Positions 50,101 to 63,271 of a stretch of 64,000 nt of DNA are shown in pieces. The stretch spans positions 21,638,001 to 21,702,000 of the forward strand of contig NC_045138.2 in assembly GCF_008831285.2 (NCBI RefSeq). The letters are read 5' to 3'. Each line of letters starts with the position of its first letter. The stretch's first letter is position 1. The stretch is from Nymphaea colorata (lineage: Eukaryota). The position numbers and the translations under genes are program-made. The notes beneath the pieces were generated by a model that ran no database searches, was not told where the DNA came from, and was given only the letters and a program-made list of their open reading frames with translations.

Positions 50101-51700
50101 AGTTTAGATTTGAAGCTAAACTTTATGTAATGTGGATTTCATTAGTTCAAATGTAGAAATTCAGATCAAACTATCAATATCTACAATAAAACTAATCTGA
50201 ATTTCAAAAAACAAATGATCCGTATGAAGTATTGCATAACATCATTTCAATAATCATGCTTGGATCTCAACAATAGTACAATTCTTGAACAAAGTGAAAC
50301 AAGAAAAATTTCTTTCCTTGAGATGATGCAAGTCTGTACCCATATCCATCACCCTTAAAATGAAGACATTCAAATTCATATGGGTTTCAATTCAAGAGTA
50401 TTACATTGCACCTCTTGAATATACATTTAAAACAAGTTTACTTCACCAATGGAATAAATAAAGCCTTGTTCAATAACACTCTCAAATGATTTGAATTTAT
50501 ATATACTAGCCATCTTTGATAAGGGAAAATAAAATTTTATGTACTAGAACTTATAGTACAACAGATCCTCAAATAAAATATTTCATTAATATGATTTTCA
50601 TCATGCTTAAGAGTGTCACCTTACAAAAGGCAAACATGATGATATATTGTATCCAGTGTAAGTATGGGTATTTGGAGCCAATGATCCAACCAAGTTAATC
50701 TAGATCTAAATTTATCATGAACCCAACAACACAATGCTATGTGGATCTTACCATGTCTAAAATGTACAACTCGTAAAACCATTAGATCTAAAAATTAATG
50801 TTCATCATAATATGTCTAGATATAATATAAACAAGATATAAATCTTGAATAAGTCAAATCATATCATGCTCCAAAAAAGAGCAACGATCCAAATTTAACA
50901 ACTAAATTGCTATATAAAACAAAGTTTTGGTCATATCTAATATCAGCATGGACCCAAAATGTCAATGAATATTCGTAAAGCAAGTATAATAACATATATT
51001 AAACCAACATAAATAAGATATGGATTTTTAACCAATATCCAAACCAATTGAGATATGAATATGTAATGATCACAACTAAACACAAATATGGAACTTAAGT
51101 ACAATCAGATCTAAAGCAAAAAATCCAAATGATTATCTCGATACAAATCATACTAATGTGGATCCACACACAATGATATCAACACTAGAATCAATATGTA
51201 CTTAAACAAACAAAGAAGATCCAAATACAAATCCAATATTAACATGTTTCAACATAATATCCATATCCAAATATGATTTTAGAACCGTCATTGGGTCATG
51301 TACACACAAAATAGAAATTGTATAAGTATACATACATGTTAACCATTTTTCTGTTTTGGCCAGTTCTCATGCTCCCACTTTTGAAGTCATTTTTAAATTA
51401 ATTTCATGACAAGTATAGAACAATTAATACATGGAAAGCAACAAGGGGAATAACACATGAGAAGATCTCCAATAACTTTCTAAGGTATCACTTAAAACAA
51501 GGAAAACTCAATATTAAATTTCAGACCGTGAGCTTCCCTTCTCTTTTTCAAAGTTATTTTCATAACCCTTTTTGTACATTTTTTATAAGCTGGAGTGTCA
51601 CCTATATGCAATTGTACATAAAAACTCTGATTTCTGCCGAAATTGCAAAACAAATTTCTGAAACCCTCTTTCAGCAATTTATAATAGCTCTGAGGGCATC
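47131..51700 (-). mobile_element. Probable AT-rich internal region of the same retroelement, no intact ORF (non-autonomous or decayed)
   Basis: Contiguous with the PPT; further AAGTGGGAGC motifs on - at about 47883-47892 and 51371-51380; weak PBS-like TGCCCTCAGAGC (- strand, about 51687-51698). No second LTR found, so the extent is uncertain. Confidence 0.4.
48008..49380. repeat. Nested tandem duplications (about 468-bp and 286-bp spacing) built around a GGTTCATTACC motif
   Basis: 48008-48310 is nearly identical to 48476-48776; about 48335-48420 matches 48780-48865; about 48875-49095 matches 49160-49380. Paired ORF-track entries 48855/49108 and 48875/49161 show the same similarity. Confidence 0.93.
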
Positions 51701-52137
51701 ACTATGAAATTTCATATAACGTTCTGGGTTTTTATGTACAATTGCATATAAAAATCTTTATTCATGTTATACATAGAGACGTTGATGCACTGAAGAACAA
51801 GATAGAACATGCATGCAAGCATTTTTTTTTTGTGACGGCAGGATATTTGAATTTTCTGTCTGTCAGTCTCTCTGACAGTTAAGGGTTCTTCAAGTATGTA
51901 TTTAATTTAAATTGATTTTTAGCAACATTAAATATGGATACATATAAATCCTCCACACCCACTCTCGCCGTGGATGGTTAGGAGGAACTACGTAACCAGC
52001 TTTTACATTGTCGCTTTTCTTTTTCTGTTTTTTTTTTAACTGCTAATTGTGTAAATCTTCAAAGAATGAATGCACTCTATTGTCAGCCGTTGCAATGCAA
52101 CTGTCCTCCTCAGCAATCTCACTATGCATCAATCTTC

Positions 52138-52334
52138 CAGTGGCAGAGCCAATGTAGGACTGGCTTGGGCCCTGACCCACCTTAAATTTCTTTTTTAAAA
52201 AAAATTAAAATGTAAATTTTAAAAAAATTTACTTGTTCTATATAAAAGGTTTGAAAAATGACATTTTGGCCCTAGTCAAAATTTAGAAACTTTAATTCGG
52301 CTTGACTAATGAAAATTTTTTGAATCTTCCTTTG
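52138..52334. mobile_element. hAT-type MITE, same family as 11007 and 55881
   Basis: Left end CAGTGGCAGAGCCA; shared internal GTCAAAATTTAGAAACTTTAA; right end degraded. Confidence 0.65.
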
Positions 52335-55300
52335 CTACCAAAAGTTATAGGGGACAATTTCTTCCAGGGATGATTATTATAATAGAAAAATTTTAAGGGT
52401 GGGTTTGAGGTGATCGTGTATGGATCGAACTTGTTTACAATTTTCTTTGTTTTCATGCATCAATAATTAAGTTATTTATTGTTAACTTTAGACTTTCGTA
52501 GTTGATGTTAGTAGTTAAGTAGGTATATATATAACTGCCATTCACAGATACGACAAAGAATCTAGCTCCACCAGTTTTACACAAACTTATTATTTTCACA
52601 ATTATTTTTAAAAATGAATTTGTTCATGCATGAATGGTACTATTCTGTTTCTTGACTGTGCAGATAGATCAATGCATTATCGCATTTGAACGTTGGTTTA
52701 TTTGACAGTGAAAATAATTCAAGCGCTGCTGATTAAGCAGCAAAATTTTAAAGATCTTGAATGATGGAAATTCCATATTTTTATGAAATCTCATTACAGA
52801 TTTAGATTAGCCGGTCCAAAATGGATTAATTTATACGTTTGAACCATACAGATAAAAGTTCATACAAGTAAATGACTTATAAGCCGTAACTTTTAGGAAT
52901 TTCACCCACAGACATTGCACTAGCTCCTTTGTCAGTGATTTTCATGTGAGCCTACACGGGAAGTTATGTGCCAAGTGGTGCATTAAATTTTGTTGCATAT
53001 GAAAATGTGCCACATGCACAAGAAAACATGACATAACATGGTCCTACTACAACATTTCTTGCCCTTTTTCTGGAGATGCAGATGATGCAGTTTCATTGAT
53101 CAGCCTTAAACAATATTGTTGGGATAGCTCAATTGTGAAGGCTCATGTGAGCTTGCATGGGCAATTGCTCTCACAGGTTTAATTTATATATTAATACCTC
53201 ACAATCATTTATTTGTTTATGTTGTCTTGAGAATATAACATTATATTTCTTAATGTTGGCCTTTTAGGTAAGCAAGAGGTTAACAATTCACTGTTCGGAA
53301 AAGAGTTTAGAAAACCCTTTTATTCCCTCTACTTTAGGGTTCTTGGGTTGTGTCGGTATCAACAATGACAACAATGCAAAGACATAACACCCACGTGCAT
53401 CCTATTAGAGACTTTTTCCTTTACATGCTCCTAACTCGACCAACTAAGCCAATTACTGAAGTTGATCATAGAAAGTTGCCAATTACTGGATCTGATAAAA
53501 ACTGTAAAACTAAGCAGTTAAATGTAGAGTTTAGATCCAGAACAGCTATTGTCCAAGTCTGAAGTTAATATGATTTTATAGATAACTTGAATACATAGTC
53601 ATAAAAAACACACTTTTTTAAAAAAAAAAAAGCATTAAAATTGTGAAAATAAGTGAGCCAAAAAAGGCAAAAAGAAATCATGTTGTTTCTTTTTAGCCAT
53701 TTTTTATGTTTTTAATGCCAGACCGCACGTTTCCATTTTTGAATTTTTATTTGTCGTTTATTTATTCATTTTTATATTGATTTATTATTTTTCTCATTTA
53801 TTTTCAGACTTTTAAAATTTTTAACAAAATTTACCATATTTTTTTTATTTTTTTTCTTTTTTCAACCGTATTATACATGAGAAAAATCCCAAAATCAATA
53901 TTTGTGACCATGTTCAATCCAATATGAATATGAACCAAATCTATTACACAAAATCAAAATCTGATATGAACTGTATTCAGATTCTATTGCGTTACGGATC
54001 TGAAAAATCAGAATCTGTTGGCGTTAGGTCCCTGCATAACCCCTGCTTTACCAATCGAATCTGTCCTAATCAAATCAAATAGACGCAGATTTGATTAATC
54101 TTAAGAAAGGACTTAGCTAGACCCATTTTTGTGAAACTGAACGGAGCAGTACTTGCTTCGGAGCGAATATTTACATGTACCCGGGTCTGATTTTTGTTGG
54201 ATATTGGACTCAAATCCAGACTCAATTGACATATAACTGGATACTCTGGTAGCTATTGTTGAGCAGTTTGAAAAGATGTTGGACTCCAAGAACTATGGAC
54301 CCACCTGCCAAATATTTGTCTATATAACTCAAAACCCCACAAAACTCAACACTTCATTTCAAATCAAATCCTAATCCAAACCTCACGTACACCAATACCA
54401 GAATCAAATCTAAAAGTCTGCTTACCTAATCTATGGATTTTATCCAACCTAGGCCCAAACTGCTCCCCATGACAGAATACATTTAAAGATCCTATTTGGA
54501 TCTTAAATACTAATGTAATATTTCTCCATGACAGAATACAATATTCATGTTAGTTACATGGATATTATTACATTACTTAAAAGAGGTCATAATGAGTGCT
54601 TGAAGTTGGTTAAATAAAAGGCAGCTTAACGTGATCCTGATCTAGAGTATGGCTGGCTCCTAATAGGAACCAAGTGGTTCTTTATTTTGTATAATATAAT
54701 ATTTCCAAGACAAAAGAAAAGCATATATTAACGTTGAATTACACGCATCAAATGACTATTTATTTTACCGTATTGATCAAGTTATATTGAATCAAAAGCT
54801 AAATAAAAGCGATAAGGATGAGATGGGTTTAGAATCATACTTTTCTATTTAGTATTATTATCTTATCACAAACATAACCTCATTGTCTAGTTCAATTACA
54901 CGCATTAATTTGAATTTCAACTAATAAAAAACATCGGGGAATGCATGGATTTAAGATGTACATGATAATGGATTTTATGCATCATCACCAAGTACCACCA
55001 CCTAGCCTGATCTTGAAGTGAAGAAAGAAACTCTGAGTTGTTATAGAGTTATTCATGATCTTCCTCTTCTTCTGATTTGAAGAAATTTAAAAATCAATGA
55101 AACTGTAGAAAAGATAATACATGTTATTCAATTGACTATAGATTATGCACATTATTGTCAATGAAAATCACATGCAGTTCATATCATTTAAACAGTAAGT
55201 GTTTTTCAATCAGTAAGTGTTTTTCAATCACATTAGTTCGTTTATCTTTGATTTGATTTCTTTTAGGCGATTTTTCAAAACTGATCGTGTGACAGTTCTA

Positions 55301-55880
55301 CTCAAAGAGGTCTAACATAAAGCTGATGCATTTTTTGGCCTGGTAGGTTTCATTTCTTGATGCAATGAATTCATGAGAGCACCTGTGGTTATATGCAGCT
55401 TTAGGTTTTGGTAAATATGTTCAAATTGAACATGCAATTTGGCTCTAAACACTACGTACTTGTTTCCGTCTTTAACTTCTGTTTATATAATGATACTCTT
55501 GCTGTTTAATTAGTTTATTTCCAGTTGCTGCAAGTAAAGTTCCCACATTGAACATATTTCATGACAAGCTTATTTCCAAAGGAAATTAATCTTCTATCTA
55601 TGTCCAACATAGGGCAGTTTATGTGAAACATTAAAATGTTGGATGATAGAGGGGGCATAATGAGATCTATTACTTGGAAATGAGAACTATTTAATCCTCT
55701 TATGACTTGGACAACAACCACAAATAATATTTTATCAAACATTACTGTAATGATTAAATTAATATATATCTCCATTGACCAAAAGCTGTTTACAAGGGAT
55801 GCCACTTTCTCCCTTTGCTGTATTCGTGAAGGTCCGACATGAAGAAAAGGCATTGTGGACACTATCATCGGGGTGATAGG

Positions 55881-56047
55881 CAGGGGCGGAGCCTGCACCT
55901 CAATTTTTTTAAAAAAAATTACATGTAAATTTGAGAAAATTTTACTTGTCCTATATGCAAATTTTGAAAAATGATATTTCAACCCATGTCAAAATTTAGA
56001 AACTTTAAGTCGGCCCCCCTCATGAAGAATGTCTGACTCCGCCCCTG
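55881..56047. mobile_element. hAT-type MITE with perfect 11-bp TIRs
   Basis: CAGGGGCGGAG / CTCCGCCCCTG; flanks GTGATAGG and GTGATGAG (6/8), consistent with an 8-bp TSD. Confidence 0.85.
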
Positions 56048-57488
56048 GTGATGAGGTTTTGCAGCATATGAAGCTCCAACACAAATGCAGAGTGTTAACT
56101 ATTACCAACTCAAAGTAAAAGCATAGCTAGTATCACCGACACAATAGAAATCATCGTAGTTAAATCTGTGACATTGGCGACACTCTAGCTTTTCACGTCC
56201 GGTGATTCTTATTTTTGTTGTAGTGACAACATAAATAAAAAAAAAGTGAGGGATTTAAGGAGCTAATATTAGAATGCACATTGTGGTTGTTAATTGGACA
56301 TTTTCTTACATTTTATAAAGATATCTGGAAAATTGGTATCATAGGTTAATGAGAAAATATTCTCCACAAGAACAAGTCATAACTAAAGTTCAATTCTTAT
56401 CAAATCAGCCATGCAGATGGCACTTACCTGTTGGATCTTAATTGGAACAACTAAAAATTTGAGAGATTCAAGGTTGCCTGTACACAGTTGAATCGATTAG
56501 GGCCAGAATTCTTTTGACAGGGATAGCAATAGCGGTTGTGATCCCAGTTTGCAGCACTCACAACTTTGTTAGCTTCTTTCATTCAATGAAGCATGCTGAA
56601 TCGGGTCACTTTCAGCATTTACTGAACTTGACACAATCAGAACTTATCTAATTGCATTTGTATTTAGACTTGAAACATTCAGATCTTTATTCAATTGAAT
56701 TCATAATCCGACCAGCATAACAGCCCCCATTTATATCAAATCGACTAGGAATTTGTTGGATCCTTAAGACTGCGTACTGAATCTGAATCCATCCAATTAG
56801 TTATCGAAGTGTAGGCTACTTTGCTTGATAGTTTATCTCATTAACTATCTTCAAATTCAATTGTTACTAGTCAGCGCACCAATCAAGCAATCGCTTATGC
56901 AGCTCTCAAGTTTCCCTTCACACACAGATCCATCTAGGAAGATGACAACCGGCGGCAGCTAATTCCGACCACATACTTGGTTGGAAGTGAAGGGGAAGTC
57001 GTTTCAGGGAATATGCCTTACGAGAGACTTCGAAAAGGTCCACCGGAAACCACAACCCAATCTTGTTCTCTAGCAGAAGATGGCCTTTGTCCTCTCTCCG
57101 TCGGTGTGGAAGAACTACGTGGTCTCCTCCATGCCATAACTTAAAATTAGGGTAGAGAAACGACCCGTGCAGTTAACGGGAGAGGAGTTGCAGAGTAATG
57201 GAACGGGCAGTCATGGCCCGCCTGTTGAGCGCCATACGTTCTGAACCATACGTGGTTAGACCCACCACCTTCATGTGGTTTATGAAACCTTTCTCAGTTT
57301 GGTCCATGATGCTAAGTTTGTGGATTCTAAGGAGGCTAAGCAAGTAAAGATTGGCTCATGGAAGTAGAAGAAAGTGATAAGTGTGAACAAGAATTATCTA
57401 CCATCTTGAAGCCTGCACTTTTATATTGTGCATGCAGTTCGACCAGCCCGGTGTGAGTATACTGACCGAATCTCAAGAACGGTTCTTA

Positions 57489-57697
57489 GGGCGTTTGATG
57501 TACTCAGAATCATAGAATTTTAGAATCAAAATGCTCTATTTTTAAGAACTTAGAATTATTAAACAAACGAGGTACTTTGTTTTGGGAATAATTGGGAAAT
57601 TGAAGCCTGGAGTTTTGACTCCATTCCAATTTGAGAAAGAATTATGATTCCAGAATTTTCATTCTTGAATTAAAATTCTAAACTATCAAATGCACCC
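57489..57697. mobile_element. Tourist/PIF-Harbinger-like MITE with TTA TSD, about 0.75 kb upstream of PsbS
   Basis: TTA|GGGCGTTTGAT...ATCAAATGCACCC|TTA; homologous to 1911-2120. Confidence 0.82.
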
Positions 57698-58236
57698 TTA
57701 AACTTCCTACATGAAACTGACTAGATCTCCATTTTGTAGGTTTACCTCACATGAGACTAGCTAGATCTCTTGAGTAAGACTGCCAATAGGATATATATAT
57801 ATATATATATATATAAACGTGTTGTTGGTCTAGAAGCCTAGAATGTCATATTTTGCTTTGTAAATGTATGACTATTAATCGAGCACATAAACGACTGTAT
57901 TTAGGCTGACTGGGGGACCAGTGAAAAATTCAATATCACCAAAAAGAGGTGATGTTGAATGTGGGCTTCGCTAGACTTCTGCTGACGAATTCGCTACCTG
58001 TCGACCACCTTGCGGTCGACGTCTGCGGTTCAGATTCAGTATCATGGAAACTGGGCTCCGGCGAGGTCGAAGCTGAAGGACAAGTGGCCCGAGAGAGACG
58101 ACCTCCTTCTTGTGAAGTGTTCAATGAACCGATCGTACCAATTAAATTCCGGAAAGAAAAAAAAAAAATGCATCCCATGGTGTTGGAGGAACGAAGCAAA
58201 AGGAATGGTCGGTTCTCCTCCGCCTCCGGAGAGGGA

Positions 58237-58351
58237 GACGTGGTCGCACCAGAGCCCGTCGCCCTGATTCACCATATCTTCTCAACTTGTTCACGTCATC
58301 ACTTCCCCTTCTTCTACCGATGCACACTGGCCATCGATATAAGAGCACGTC
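58237..58351 (+). promoter_or_regulatory. PsbS proximal promoter: three C/G-hybrid ACGT boxes and a TATA-like motif
   Basis: GACGTG 58237-58242, CACGTC 58292-58297, CACGTC 58346-58351, TATAA 58338-58342. Confidence 0.55.
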
Positions 58352-58427
58352 TGGCCTCAAGGAGCAGGAAGCAGAAGAAGCGAGCTAAAGCTGAGAGGCG
58401 GAGTCTGACGCTGAACTTAGAGAAGAC

Positions 58428-59788
58428 ATGGCTGCTCAGTCGATGCTCGTCTCCGGCAGGGCCGCCGGCCAAGTTCTCGACTTGAAAAGGGAGCCATTGG
58501 TCCAATTCCGCACCCACCTCCGCCGGGTGGCCCTCCGTCCTCCTAAGTTCTCGGAGTTGATCAACCTTCCTAGTGGCTTGCTCCCTCCTAGCTCTTCCGC
58601 GGCCGCCTCAAGATGCTCCCCTCTCGCCATCTTCAAATCCAAGGCCAAGGCTGCACCTGTCAAGAAGGTATCGTCTCATTTGCTTCGATTCGTGTCCCTT
58701 TTTTTTTTTCTTTTCTTTTCGAACAGAAGCTGAAGTATAAGAGCAATTGAGACCAATTTAGTGCGTTGGACTCTTGGGCCCTCGGTCTTGTGTTTTTCTT
58801 CTTCTTTTTCTATTTTTTTATTTCAAGTTGAAGATCTTAAGTTTCCATTCTCCAGAAAAAGTGGAGAAGCTCTTGTTCACACAATTTACTTATAATTCAT
58901 GTCATGTTTTTTCCACACGAGAAGGTGGAGAAGGAGAAGACCAAAGTGGAAGATGGTATCTTCGGCACATCCGGGGGAATCGGCTTCACCAAGGAAAACG
59001 AGCTCTTCGTTGGTCGTGTTGCTATGATTGGTTTCGCGGTATGTTTTCTTTTTCTCTGTTCTTGGGACAGAAGTTGGCAGAGAGAGGTACTAATGCACGG
59101 AAGGAACGTGAACAGGCTTCTATACTGGGAGAAGGACTGACAGGCAAAGGAATACTGGCTCAATTCAACTTAGAAACTGGAATTCCAATCTATGAAGCAG
59201 AGCCTCTGCTCCTCTTCTTCATCCTTTTCACCCTCTTGGGAGCAATCGGTGCGCTGGGTGACAGGGGCCGCTTCGTCGACGACCCTCCTACCGGCCTCGA
59301 GGGCGCAGTAATCCGACCAGGCAAGGGCATCAGAGGAGCTCTCGGACTTAATGAGGGAGGTAAATAACATACAATTCTGCTGTTCTTCTTCATAAATTCA
59401 AGAACGCTGATTCCTGATAAATGATGGCATGGAACCAAGATTCGATGAACTGTTATATGGAATGCCACCATTGTTTTCTTGGAACAGAACCCTGGAGAAA
59501 TTAGTTCATGCATATTGATATCTCCTATCTGCTTTTCTTGAAGGTCCTCTGTTTGGATTCACCAAGGCAAACGAGCTCTTTGTTGGGAGAATGGCTCAGC
59601 TTGGGATCGCTTTCTCCATCATCGGAGAGATTGTTACAGGAAAGGGGGCTCTCGCTCAGTTGAACATCGAGACAGGCGTGCCCATTAATGAGCTTGAGCC
59701 GCTGGTTATCTTCAACGTGATTTTCTTCTTCATTGCAGCATTGAATCCTGGAACCGGCAAATTTCTCACCGACGAGGAAGAAGACTGA
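58428..59788 (+). CDS. PSBS: Photosystem II 22 kDa protein PsbS (NPQ4), chloroplast precursor, 280 aa, 4 exons
   Basis: Exons 58428-58667, 58925-59038, 59116-59359 and 59544-59788 (843 nt, GT-AG, in frame). Transit peptide, then KVEDGIFGTSGGIGFTKENELFVGRVAMIGFAAS, LAQFNLETGIPIYEAEPLLLFFILFTLLGAIGALGDRGRFVDD, GPLFGFTKANELFVGRMAQLG and LAQLNIETGVP...PGTGKF. Both lumenal pH-sensing Glu (NLET, NIET) are present. Confidence 0.98.
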
Positions 59789-61324
59789 AAATGTTTTGTC
59801 ACAGGTGATGGTCGAAAGTGCCTGTTTTAAATGGTCACACTTGCTTCTTGTGTACAAATTTTGAATTGGGGAAGAGAGTGGGGAAAGTGACTGGATGATA
59901 GGTGGAGAGGGAGTTATTCTTGCTGTAAAAACCATGGAGGCATCTGATGCCATTGATCTATGAACTCGCAAAAGAAATCTGCTACTTTGTTCAAAATGGT
60001 CACATGCAATAGATCAAGAAACCTGTTTGCATCCCATTGTGCATGTTTATATGTGTGTATATGTTCGTAGAAGAGAGAGAAAGCAAGAGGAAAGTCACAT
60101 TGTGTTTGTGCGGACAGCAGAACCATTATCTAGAGTATTAATGCACTAAATTCACTTAAATAGGAGCGGAGCTAGGTTTTTTTCAAGGGGCGAGCCAAAC
60201 AGTCTAACCTCTGGATGTTCGGGCCAAACTAAATATGAATCCAAACAACAATTGGCTGGGTGGAGCCATGGCGCAAGCGGCCGCCCCTCCCTCCGCGACC
60301 ACGGCAGCACCGTGCAATGTTGTGTGTGAGGGCCTGGCGCAACTGGGAACAATAACATCCCATGCATTTAGAACCAGTCCTGTGTGCACAGCCATAGTTC
60401 CAGGTGAGGGGCGAAATGCCCTCCTATTGACTCGTGAGTGGGCCAATAAGGGGGCTTTTGCCTTTTTGGCCTCTCAAAGTGGAGTTGACATACCAAAAAA
60501 AAATTAAGTCATATTTTTTAAAATGCATATGTAAGAGGGCAAAATGGTCTTTTTGTTTAAATGGGTCCGGCCTTCATTTGGGTCGTTTTGGGCTTGTTTT
60601 ACATCCGGATTAAGTTTCCTTGGTTGCCAAAGCATCCCAATAGATGTCCATGGCACAGATCAAGGATTAGATACACTTTTGAAGCTCGAAACAAGTTTTA
60701 AAAGTTTTTAGTGCAAGGTTGGGGTGAAAACAAAAGAAAGTTTTCTTTACCCGGGCGATGCTAAATAGGGTTAAAAATTGTTATCTTGATCTCAAGATTC
60801 TCGACTTCTGAATTTTGAGTCCAAATTCTCTATTTGGATCTAAACTTTAATTTTTGATATAATTTGGATCAGGGAGCGGCTTTATGGATCCTTTTTCCTA
60901 ATTTGGACTTGATTTCATTTATTGGGTTCGATTATGTACTTTGTTTGGTACTTTCGGCTTGAGGAGTGAATTTTGGATCTAGGACTTGGATTTGGAACTA
61001 AATTTGGTTCTAAAGTTGGATTTTGGATTTAAACCATGCACTTAGATTCGGATATGGGTCTAGAGATATGTTTTGGTTGTAGAGTCGAGATTTGGACTTG
61101 GATACAAATCTAAAGGCCTGTTTTGGATGTAAAGTTGGATACAGATCTAAAGGCCTGTTTTGCTGTGAGCATGGGTCCAGGGTCCAAAGTTAGATCTAGA
61201 ATATTGTAAAAATGATTGAAATTACTAAGATCATATTTGAATATTTGAAATATAATCTTTTTGAAAAAAATTAGGGGTGATGTCAAACCCAACAAAAGGG
61301 GGCCTTCAACCACGCTTCAAACAG

Positions 61325-61565
61325 GAAACGTCATTGAAGACTTACTTTTAGTAACGTCTGACTGTGAATGTCACTGAAGACCCACGATATCACTCTGCCC
61401 GACATCAGTGGGAACCTTCGCTTATACTTTTCATATAGCATCACTGAAAAGTAGGCTTAATTGCATTTAACGTCATTGAAAACCATTCCTTCACAGATGA
61501 CATCTGCCTACATGTCATTGAAGGCCGGAATGGGCAATAAACGTCATTGGAAAGGAACTTGTACT
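61325..61565. mobile_element. Possible CACTA subterminal-repeat remnant
   Basis: About six (G/A)TCA(C/T)TG(A/G)A motifs in 240 bp ending near GGAACTTGTACTA; no intact CACTA/TAGTG terminus. Confidence 0.4.
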
Positions 61566-63271
61566 ATATATTACATGCTATGTGGAAAAAAAAAAAACCA
61601 AGAATGAATTCTCAACCAGCAAATGAATAAACGAAAAAAAGAAAACAAAGTATTAATTCTCAACCAACAAATAGAATGATGCTTCATTGAGTGGAGCAAG
61701 AACATAAGCTAAATGATTTTATGAGCTCATTAACCCTATTATATCTAACTTCTACCCCTTCTCCATATAATAATTTTGTATGCATTGAAGGTTGTCCTTC
61801 TTTACATCTAAAGCTTCCAACACAAGATCATCAAAGTCATCTCCACCAAAAGAATGTCCAGATGGATGAATTTTTATCGAGGACATGAAAAATATTAGTA
61901 AATGCGACAAGTTTGAGCAGTCAAAATTTCAATTTTAGGGCACATTTGTTACTCATTTGTGTGTCTTTGTCATAGCCTTTTTATTGCTCTTTATGATACT
62001 TTACTGTTGCGTACGTTACTGTAAAATTAAAATATTTTTTCCTTCCTTTGAACTTTCAATTAGATTTAACAATTGGAGGGCTTCCTTAGAAGTACATAGC
62101 ACTCTCAGTAGGACATGCCAAAAAAAATTATGACGCAGTTAAGCAAATATTCAAGGATGTACTTAGTAAGCTTAAAATACTTTTCTTGGCTAATATATAA
62201 GAAAGTGCTTCACATTGTATAATGTCGTGCATTTACACGACATTATGTCCTAAAGTGTGGTGACTTCACCAAATGAAACCCAAGGATTAGCAATTGATAA
62301 CTCAAATCTACATTTCCGACACATTATTTGCAATTGGCGGCGGTAAAGTAGACCAGTTACTAGCAGCACCAAAATAAAAGTGGACTTAACTCACATTGAG
62401 ACAAATTTTAACTCGCCCCAAAGGACATAGCTCAAACAGGCAGACTTGGAGCATGTTGGAGGTACGTCTCCAGTTCAAAACCTGCAGGGAGCAAAAGTCC
62501 TCTCCAGTAAGGGGGGTGGGTCCTATGCACAAGTAAAAACATACAGAGTTCTTGCCACCTAAGTCACTGAAGTTGTCGATCATGCTTGTATCCAAGTTGC
62601 AATCTACAGAATTTCTTAAGCCACTGTCCGACTGCCATTTTGTGTGTTTTTCATCGCTGTTAGTTGCTCTTGTATTAGATTACACTGAACAAACAATGCT
62701 TCTTTTGACAGGGAAACCAACAACTAGTTACAATAAGTACTTGTTTCACTTCCAACAGCAAAGTAACATGGCCTGCTTGGGACTGTGATGAACATAATTT
62801 TTGTCAACTGTTTGTAGATAATGAACAAAAAAGTATGGTGCACAATTAAGAGAGAACCAGCTTTTGTATCTGTCATCCAACCTGTTATATTTGTTATTTC
62901 TTTCCGCAGAGCGGCTTGTGTTTAGGGTGCCAAGAGAGAGAGATGTCTACCATATGATTTCTTACTTTATTGTTCCATGAATCTAAAGATTCAAACAGTA
63001 TCATCCCACATTTGCAATCTTGTACCTCCAACGCAGATTCCACATGTTGGATTCGTCAAGGAACCAAACAGCATATTCCTCCCAACAAGAAGTGGATTCA
63101 TGTTCTATATTCTATATATATACACTTACAAAAAGGGGACATGAAACAACTTATTTAAACACAAACTTTTTACAAGCTTCAGGTAGAATCTAAGGGACCT
63201 ATACATACAATAAATGGTATGCAGCAGGTTCTAAGCACAACCAATGCAGAGCACTAAAGAGGAGGCTATGA

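Noticed and set aside
57949..58485. 178-aa ORF overlapping the PsbS start
   Set aside because: Crosses a poly-A run and the PsbS promoter/5'UTR with no domain features.
58774..59367. 197-aa ORF inside PsbS
   Set aside because: Chimera of intron sequence, off-frame exon 2 and true exon 3.
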